Positions 54,549 through 64,000 of a stretch of 64,000 nucleotides of DNA are shown here, piece by piece. The notes under the pieces were generated by a model, which was not told the origin of the DNA, searched no databases, and saw only the letters and a list, made by a program, of their open reading frames with translations. The stretch's first letter is position 1, and each line of letters opens with the position of its first letter. The position numbers and the translations under genes were made by a program. The DNA is from the human T2T-CHM13v2.0 reference genome, Homo sapiens: assembly GCF_009914755.1 (NCBI RefSeq), contig NC_060945.1. The stretch is one strand, 5' to 3'.

Positions 54549-54829
54549 TCATGTATAACTTAAATACGGTGCATCATACCAACTATTGATACAGATCTTT
54601 AAGATTTTATAAGTGAACAGAAAAAGAAGTGCCCTATTCATACAATTTATTTTCTGCTCAGAATTTACAAAAGGTTGAACACTGGTCAGAGCTTCTGTTG
54701 GTCATTCCTCAGTAAATGAATAAAAGATCCAGAATGAGCAGGCTTCAACAAGAGCTGTCAGCTCAGGCCAAAAATCAGATTGTCTTTTCATAACTGGGAA
54801 TGTCAGAATTCTCTTTAAAAGATCCTTAA

Positions 54830-55095
54830 TGGGTACAAATATGCAATTTGAGATAAGAAATAAGACCTAGTGGTAGACAGATCAGTGGAATGACTATGGT
54901 TTGCAATTATGTATTGTATATTTCAAAATAGCTAAAACAGAAGAATTGAAATAATTATAGCTTAAAGAAAAGCCAAACATATAATGTGATGGATATCCCA
55001 AGTACACTGATTTGATTTTAACAAATTATATGAATACATTAAATTATCACATGTACCCCAAACTATATATCTATTATGCATCAATAAAATATCAT
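54830..55095 (+). mobile_element. L1MA-type 3' end
   Basis: gggtacaaatatgcaatt...gtatatttcaaaatagct...atgtaccccaaactat...caataaaa. Confidence 0.75.
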
Positions 55096-55119
55096 AAAAT
55101 TAATAAAATAAATATTTTT

Positions 55120-55271
<152 letters not shown>

Positions 55272-55302
55272 TAAATTTAAACAGAAAAAAAGAGCAACAC
55301 TA

Positions 55303-55648
<346 letters not shown>

Positions 55649-56529
55649 TTATTGCACAAAAGAGTTTTACACATAGCTTTTGAATTTTAAAACATTTTAT
55701 TTATTCATTTCACAAATATGTTTTGATCCCTCAGTGTAGACCAGCACAGAGTTAGGGACTAAAGGGAGAGTGGTGGATGAGACAGGTGTCTTCCTGGAGC
55801 TCATGTTCTGTTGGGCGGGTGGTGTTGGGGAGCAAGCAACACATTAGCAAGCAAATAAAGATAATTTAGTTTGTAATAAGTGTAGTTAAAGAAAGAAAAA
55901 GAGGGCATAACAGAGAGTGAAGTCCACGTGCTATGGGTGTGGAGGCAGCCAGGAGGACTCAAGATATGGTCCTCAGGGACAGACTCTCTGAGAAGATGGT
56001 ATTTGAGATAAGGTGAATGAGCACTACCGACAGCATGTGGCGTAGCAAGACAATGGATTAAAAAGCAGCAGCTTGCAAATGATCACTTATGACAGGGCCT
56101 TGTATAATTTTCCTGTTCTGTGACATCATCTTGAACCAGGTGAGGAAATTGATAAAATATTCTCAAGAACTGGGTCTGTGGAAACCACGCAGCTCAATGT
56201 CCTTCAAGTTTGTTTGAATGGAGTGATGTTCCCAAGGTCATAATCTTTGCATGACTATGAAGAATATAAAATACAGCACCTGATTGGATGCTAAACGTAA
56301 AACTCAGTGTTCTCACCCTGCTCTCTCTTCTAATTCAACCTGTTTAGAACTTGCATGAAACAATACCCTTGCATTCCACATGGATATTACAGAAACGTTA
56401 TAGACTCCTGCTACCTGAAATTTTCTTGTCTTTGCCTCAGTGAGAAAAATGCCATGACTCTTTTGATCTACCTGCAATAAATCTGATGGCCAAGGAATGG
56501 ATATTCACTGTCCTATCAAATGAGAGCCA

Positions 56530-57225
56530 TCTGGAACTTTGTAATTTTGACGAACATCTCTATTCCCTGCTTCTCTGAGTTTGACTTTTTTAGATTTCAC
56601 ATGTATGTGAGAAAAGACAGTGTTTGTCTTTCTGTGCGTGGCTTACTTCACTAAGCACAATGCCCTTCAGGTTCATCCATGTCATTGCAAATGGGAAGAT
56701 TTGCTTCCTTTTTTAAGGCTGAATAATATTCCTTTGTGTATATAGGAATGATATTCCTATGCATGTGTGTATATGTATATCAACACTTAAGTTTTTTTCA
56801 TATTCTGGCTGTTGCGAATGATTCTGCAATAAACATGGGAGTGCAGATATGTAATTTCATTTCCTTTGGATATATACCCAGAGTGGGATTGCTAGATCAT
56901 ATGGTAGGTAAAAGGGTACAAAGCTTCAGTTATGCCAGATGAATAGATTCTAGAGGTTTACTATGCAGCACAGTGACTACAGTTAATAACACTATCTTAC
57001 ATACTTGAAATTTGCAAAGACAGTTGATCTTAAACATTGTCATCACATACACACACATACATACATACACACACAAATGTTAACTATGTGAGGCAATAGA
57101 TATGTTATTTTGCTTGATAGTGATATATATATATATATATATGCACATTGTACATCACATTGTATACCTTAAATATATACAATTTTCATTTTTCAATACC
57201 TCAATTAACCTGGAGGAAAAATAAA
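56530..57225 (+). mobile_element. L1MA/MB 3' end with probable 5' inversion (minus ~56530-56906, plus ~56907-57225)
   Basis: Adjacent L1 3'UTR segments in opposite orientations that overlap around gtcaaa(ggg)tacaaagtt. Confidence 0.7.
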
Positions 57226-58404
57226 CTCTAGCCAAGGAGATGTAACAGGCGAAAATGTGTGGATTTGTAGGAAATTCTGCTTAAAGGCGACTTAGCTGGG
57301 AGGGGTGTTTTTATGCATTTTTCCTTTGCTTCTTTACATCACCTGGAAGGTGGATATAAAGGTAGGAGCTGCAGCAATCACTTTGGACTTTGAAATCATA
57401 TTGAGAATGGAACTGCACGTGAGGATAATGGATCAGAAAGATAAAAGCCTGGTCCCTTGTGAAACTGAAGCTGGCAAACCAGCTTCTGGACTTATATACA
57501 AGAGAGTAAATTTCTGTTTTAATAAACAATAACATCAAAAAATCATTTATTAGTAGGAAGACTTCTTTAAGAGGCTGTGATTCCGTAGTCAGCCACTGAG
57601 GGCAGTCAGCAGGCACTGTTGAAAATAGAACAAAAACATTTAGCTGAAATGTCTTGGCTTTCTATTTCTTTTGTGATCATCAGAGATAAAACTTCATTAT
57701 GAACTTGCTGCTCTTTTTACTTCACTGGTGTCTTATGACAGTGATATAATGAGGGAACCTAAATACTCTTTTAAAGAATACTTGATGAGCTTCCAGGACT
57801 CCTCTAATTCTTCATTAACTGAAGAATTCTATATTCCAGAATTACAGTCATTCATATGCATGACTATAGGGCTCCAGAAGGCAAGAGAGATATAAAAGTT
57901 TCACAATACCCAGGTACAGAGCCTGTGCCAGCAAAAACTTCATTGCTTCATTTACCTGCTTCTAAAGGAAATTACAAACGGACTTTGAAAAGTATTGGTT
58001 TGAAGATCAAGTTATGTTCCCATAGACTGAATAATTAAGTGGAGACAGGCCTAACCAATGATGTCTCACTGATCTCTGGCATCTTCTAGCATGAACCAAG
58101 AATCCAGAAAAATGGTTAGCTGTCTGCATCCATGTTACTGGAAGTATCATCACCTGCACACCCAATGGGTTCAGTGAACTAGAAGACACAAAGTTGTGCC
58201 TAAAGCCAGCTCCAGAAATGGTCCTGGACATCCTTAACCACATGGGATTTTTTAATTCCTAGTACACTAACTTGCAGACCATATAAACACCATTGCAATA
58301 TTGTTTAGTAAGTAGAAATCACATCCAAGATAATATGTATTACTTGGGGTAAGCTTCTCTATTATTCTGAACTCTGTCTTCATTTAATTAAGAAATGTGA
58401 GAAT

Positions 58405-58614
58405 TGGACACAGGAAGGGGAACATCACACACCAGGGCCTGTTGTGGGGTGCGGGGAGGGGGGAGAGATAGCATTAGGAGATATACCTAATGTTAAATAA
58501 CGAGTTAATGGGTGCAGCACAACAACATGGCACATGTATATATATGTAACGAACCTGCACGTTGTGCACATGTACCCTAAAACTTAAAGTATAATAAAAA
58601 AAAACAAAAACAAA
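58405..58614 (+). mobile_element. 5'-truncated L1PA 3' end (non-inverted)
   Basis: TSD aaatgtgagaat at 58393-58404 and 58615-58626. Confidence 0.93.
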
Positions 58615-59014
58615 AAATGTGAGAATATAATGATAGCTCTCGTTCTTCAGTAATACAGATTTTAGTTACACTAGAGTGGAATATTGAAGATATTAGAAAG
58701 TACTATGAAAAAATAGCTGCAAAATCTGTCATTTTACTTAGAGTAGGAAGTAGAAGTAGAGTTGGAGAAGGTGGCACAAAGATGTCACCCCTTTGGCAGG
58801 GGTGGCTGACAATAAACACCACAGTGTGCACCTCTGACTTTCTTTGCAGAATAATCCCACAATCTCTGAAAATGAAATGCACCAACTTCTAATGCTATTC
58901 ATAAAAAATCAACTCTCAATGACTGCACTTAAAAAGTTTTATTCTAACTGAAACTTGGCAGAAATTTCTCAAATATGCTTAAGATAGTGCTATGTAATTC
59001 TAATGACATTTTTA

Positions 59015-60700
59015 AAAAATGGCTGAGACAACTGGATATCCACATGGAAAATAATTTAGAACCTTGCCTCACACTACCTACAAAAATTAACTCAAAATGG
59101 ATTATGGCCTAAATATAACAGCTAAAACTATAAAAACTTTTAGAAGAAAACATAGGGAAAATATCTTCATGACCTTGAAGAGTTCTTAGGCATAACACTA
59201 AGAAAACAAGCAAAAACAGAAAAAATCAACATAATAAACTTCTTCAAAATTAAGAACTGGCCCAGTGCGGTGACTCACGCCTGTAATCCCAGCACTCTGG
59301 GAGGCCGAGGCAGGCAGATCACATGAGGTGAAGAGTTCAAGACGAGCCTGGCCAACATGGTGGAACCCCGTCTCTACTAAAAATACAAAAATTAGCCAGG
59401 TGTGGTGGCATGAGCCTGTAATCCCAGCTACAGGCAGAGGCAGGATAATAGCTTGAACCCGGGAAGCGGAGGTTGCAGTGAGCCAAGATCATGCCACTGC
59501 ATTCCAGCCTGGGCAACAAAGCAAGACTCCATCTCGAAAAAAAAAAAAAAAAATTAAGAACTGTAGCATTTTCAAAGGCACCATTTAGAAAGTGAAAAAA
59601 AATTGAAAATCATATTTCTAATAAAGAACTCAAATCCAAAAAATATTAAAAATGCTTATATCTCTATAATGAAAAGAAACAACCCAATCAAAATGGGCAA
59701 AATAGTTGACTATTTTACATCACCAAAGAAGATACACAAATACCTAATCAGTACACAAAAAGATGCTCAATATTACTAGGCATTAGGGTAATATGAATTA
59801 AAATCACAGTAAGACATGACTTCACACCCATTAGGATGACTGCAATAAAATCACAAACAATGCTGGTGAAGATATGGGGACCTGGAATCTTCATACATCG
59901 TTGGTGGAAGGTAATATATACTTACATATGCACACATATACATCTCACGTAAAAATGGCTTGCTGGAGTGCCAGCCTTCACATCCACATCACAGCAAAAA
60001 TGCTTAAGAATGCCCCCTCAGTGAAGTCACTTTTAAGCAGAATTTCCTACAAACCCACACATTTTTCTCCTCTTACATCACATTGGCTAGAGTTTATTTT
60101 TTCCCCAGGTGTATTGTGGTATACTTGCCAAATAAAAGCAGCCAAAACAAGTTGGCATTTTCTTAAAGTGTTTAAACTTCAATTTGCCATAAGGCCCCAA
60201 GTTCTAGGTATCTACCCTAAATGAATGAAAACATGTTCACTCAAAGACTTAGGTACAAATGTCCATAGCAGGATTATTCATAATCAAAAAGTGGAAACAA
60301 CCCAAATATTCATAATTTAGTGAATTGATAACCAAATGCAGTATTTACAGATGAGCAAATGCTCTCCAGCAACAAGAGAGAATGAATGACTAATACATGT
60401 AACAACATGGGTGCTGCATGAAAGAAGGCAGACACAAAATCCATATATCAATTTATGTGAAATATCCAGAAAATGCAACTCTACAGAGACAGACCATAGA
60501 TTAGTGGTTGTCTGGGACTGGGGATGGACATTGAAATTGGCTTCAAATGGGTAGGAGGAATCTTTTGGGTGGTGAAAATATTCTAAAATTAAATTGGCGT
60601 AATTGTGGCACGACTCCATGCATTTACTAAAATTATTGAATTGAATAAACCGGATGGAGTTTATATTAAAGTAAACTACCTCTCAACAAAACTGTTTTAC
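59015..60700 (+). mobile_element. Ancient L1M fragment containing an AluS (59259-59553)
   Basis: Degenerate ORF2-end and 3'UTR motifs; Alu TSD aaaattaagaactg. Confidence 0.8.
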
Positions 60701-60717
60701 GAAACCTGAATGAGGTA

Positions 60718-61720
60718 TTTATTTTTTTATTTCAACTTTTATTTTAGATATAGGCGGTATATGTGCAGATTTGTTACATGGGAATATTACGTGATGCTGA
60801 GGTTTGGAGTAGAGATCCTGTTCCTCAGGTAGTGAGCATGGTACTTCATAGGTAGTTTTTTTTTTTTTTTTTTTTTTTTTTTTGAGACAGAGTCTCGCTC
60901 AGTTGCCCACGCTAGAGTGCAGTGGCGTGATCTTAGCTCACTGCAAGCTCTGCCTCCCGGGGTTCACACCATTCTCCTGCCTTAGCCTCCCGAGTAGCTG
61001 GGACTACAGGCGCCTACCACCACGCCCGGCTAATTTTTTTTGTATTTTTACTAGAGGCGGGGTTTCACCGTGTTAGCCAGGATGGTCTCTATCTCCTGAC
61101 CTTGTGATCCGCCCATCTAGGCCTCCCAAAGTGCTGGGATTACAGGTGTGAGCCACTGTGCCTGGCCCTTGATAGGTAGCTTTTTAACCTAAACTCTCTG
61201 CCTTCCACAGTCTAGTGTCCACAGTGTCTATTGTTCCTGTATTTGTGTCCATGTGTGGTCAATATTTAGCTCTTACTTATAAGTGAGAACATGAGGTACT
61301 TGGTTTTCTGTTCCTATGTTAATTTACTAAGAATTATGGCCTCCAGCTCCATCCACATTGCTGCAAAGAATGAGATTTCATTCTTTTTTATGGCTTTCCA
61401 GTATACCATGGTGTATATGTACCACATTTTATTTATCCAATCTACCATTGATGGACACCTGGGCTGATTTCATGTCTTTGCTATTGTGAATAGCCCAGCG
61501 ATGAACATACAAGTGCATATGTCTTTTTGGAAGAATGATTTATTTTCTTTTGGATATATTACTCAGTAATGGGATTGCTGGGTCAAATGGTAGCTCTATT
61601 TTAAGTTCTTTGAGAAATCTCCAGTCTGCTTTCCACAATGGCAGGACTAAGTTACTTTACCACCAGTAGTGTATAAGTGTTCCCTTTTCTCTGCACCCTC
61701 ACAGCATCTGATGTTTTATA
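60718..61720 (-). mobile_element. L1PA/PB 3' fragment containing an AluY (60856-61167, minus)
   Basis: Reverse L1 3' end; Alu TSD ataggtagttttt / ataggtagcttttt. Confidence 0.88.
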
Positions 61721-62074
61721 TTTTAAGTGCATGATTGAAGCAATGCTTGAGACAGGCTCTTGTGGGGATATTTGGTCATATATCAAATCTGAATAACCGA
61801 ACGGCATTGTCTTTCATTTTCATCCCCTTCAAATTTTTTTTTGTCTCAAAGTCTTCAAACTTTTATATATATATATATATATTACAAAAATTATTTTTAC
61901 CCCAAACATTTGAAAACGTACAGAAAAGTAGACAAAAATAATATGACGCATCCCATATATTCATCATATTAATGGCTCTGGCACCAAACCTTTTCTATTT
62001 TTCGTCATGTTTATTTCTTGATAGTTTTACTTTGTTTTTGGTGGTAAAGTATATGCAACAAAAGGGAAACTATA

Positions 62075-62404
<330 letters not shown>

Positions 62405-62688
62405 CTATGTCATTTTATCATTACATGACTAGCATGTTTCCCTAATAAAAATACGGTTTTGTTACATAACCACAGTCAGTATTACATAATATCAAGTATT
62501 ATACACTCCCAATTCATTTTTCCTCATCAGCTCAAAAGTGGCTAGCTTTTAAACAATTGAATTAATTAAATCAAGATCCTTCTCTTGCTCACATGCAGTT
62601 GTTACATCTCTTGAGTGTTTCTTAATGCAGAGCTAGCCCTCCTCCTTTCTCCCATGTATTTGACTTGGCTTTTTAAAGAAACCAGGTA

Positions 62689-63034
62689 TGATGTTCCCCC
62701 TCCTGTGTCCATGTGTTCTCATTGTTCAATTCCCATCTATGAGTGAGAACATGCGGTGTTTGGTTTTTTGTCCTTGCGATAGTTTACTGAGAATGATGAT
62801 TTCCAATTTCATCCATGTCCCTACAAAGGACATGAACTCATCATTTTTTATGGCTGCATAGTATTCCATGGTGTATATGTGCCACGTTTTCTTAATCCAG
62901 TCTATCATTGTTGGACATTTGGGTTGGTTCCAAGTCTTTGCTATTGTGAATAGTGCCGCAATAAACATACGTGTGCATGTGTCTTTATAGCAGCATATGT
63001 ACCCTAAAACTTAAAGTATAATAATAATAAAAAA
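62689..63034 (+). mobile_element. Short 5'-inverted L1PA: inverted arm 62689-62996, sense arm only ~38 bp
   Basis: TSD aaagaaaccaggta at 62675-62688 and 63035-63048. Confidence 0.92.
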
Positions 63035-64000
63035 AAAGAAACCAGGTAGTTACCATGCTGAATTTGCTTGTCCATGTCATCATTTAACTTGTTCCGTTAT
63101 TGCCATAGGCATTTTTCTTATGAACTGGAATTTATTTCAGTGGGTTGGTTAGATAAGTGTTCAACCTCTCTCTCTTTGAGAGGGGTGCTGTGCACTTCAC
63201 ATTGCTTCCACAAAATGTATGGTTTTCCCGTTCTTAGTGACACTCAATTGTTCAGTGAGGTCAGATGTTAAAATTTATCTGAGCTATTTTGCTAAGGTTG
63301 AAAATGGAATTTTCTAATTGTGTCATTTCGTTCGCATTCAGTAGATATAATTATTCTGCAGAATGAACTTTCCCTTCTGAACTAAGGTTATTTGGTTATC
63401 TTAAAATACAGCAGCTATAGGAAAGACAATACATTTAGTGGTTGTTGTCTTTAATCATCTGTTATCAGAATGAAGAGTTAGTGCCCTGGTTTCTACTATG
63501 CAGACCAATAAGATTCTTCTTTCTTTCTTTATATGAAATATATATGCAGGTGTGCATATGTAAGTATATATGTACATATGTGTATATATCTATATATACA
63601 CACACATGTATGTATAAAATTAAAATGAACTCAAAGGTTTTCAAAATATTTAATGGTTATCAATCATGTGCAAGCATCACTGCTGATACTCAATTCATCC
63701 CCTTTGGCTGACGAGAGCCGCTTTATGTTGATTCCTATGTCATTTTGACAAGACCCCATTCATGTTTCAGACTCACCTCAGACATTTCCTGCCTCAGACC
63801 TTCAATCAGCCACTCCTCCAAGAAGCCATGGTCCCTTTTAGTAGTGAATTATATTTAAAAGAATCTACAATCTAGATGTTAGAGGGGCTTGTTGCTATTG
63901 TTTGCTCATCACTTCTGGGACTTCTCAGTGGAAAGACTGAAAATTCATACTTTTTTTTTGAAGTGTGTACCAATAGTTTTTTGTGTTCTTTTTTTTTTTT

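Overview
Primate (most likely human) genomic DNA lying inside DSCAM, which is transcribed on the minus strand. Five coding exons (probably exons 5-9, Ig3-Ig7) splice in frame: 54478-54200, 47969-47694, 39438-39142, 38399-38124 and 12383-12105. All are GT-AG, phase 1-1 and multiples of 3 in length. The rest is intron packed with repeats: about 17 Alu/monomers, many L1 fragments, THE1 and LTR16 LTRs, Tigger1, Charlie, MER5, MER20, MER85, MADE1 and L2/MIR. Most other ORFs in the supplied track are repeat-derived or chance. I see no new gene system. The best leads are: a ~35-copy 39-bp minisatellite ~97 nt upstream of the Ig4 exon acceptor, with higher-order structure and five open frames; a consensus-like frameshifting donor 7 nt inside the Ig5 exon that competes with a weak real donor; an apparent templated ~50-bp insertion copied from 3.2 kb away; a Tigger1>Alu>inverted-L1 nest; up to six 5'-inverted L1s; and MER85/MADE1 sites for domesticated transposases. 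Repeat subfamily calls are from recall, not from a database search.
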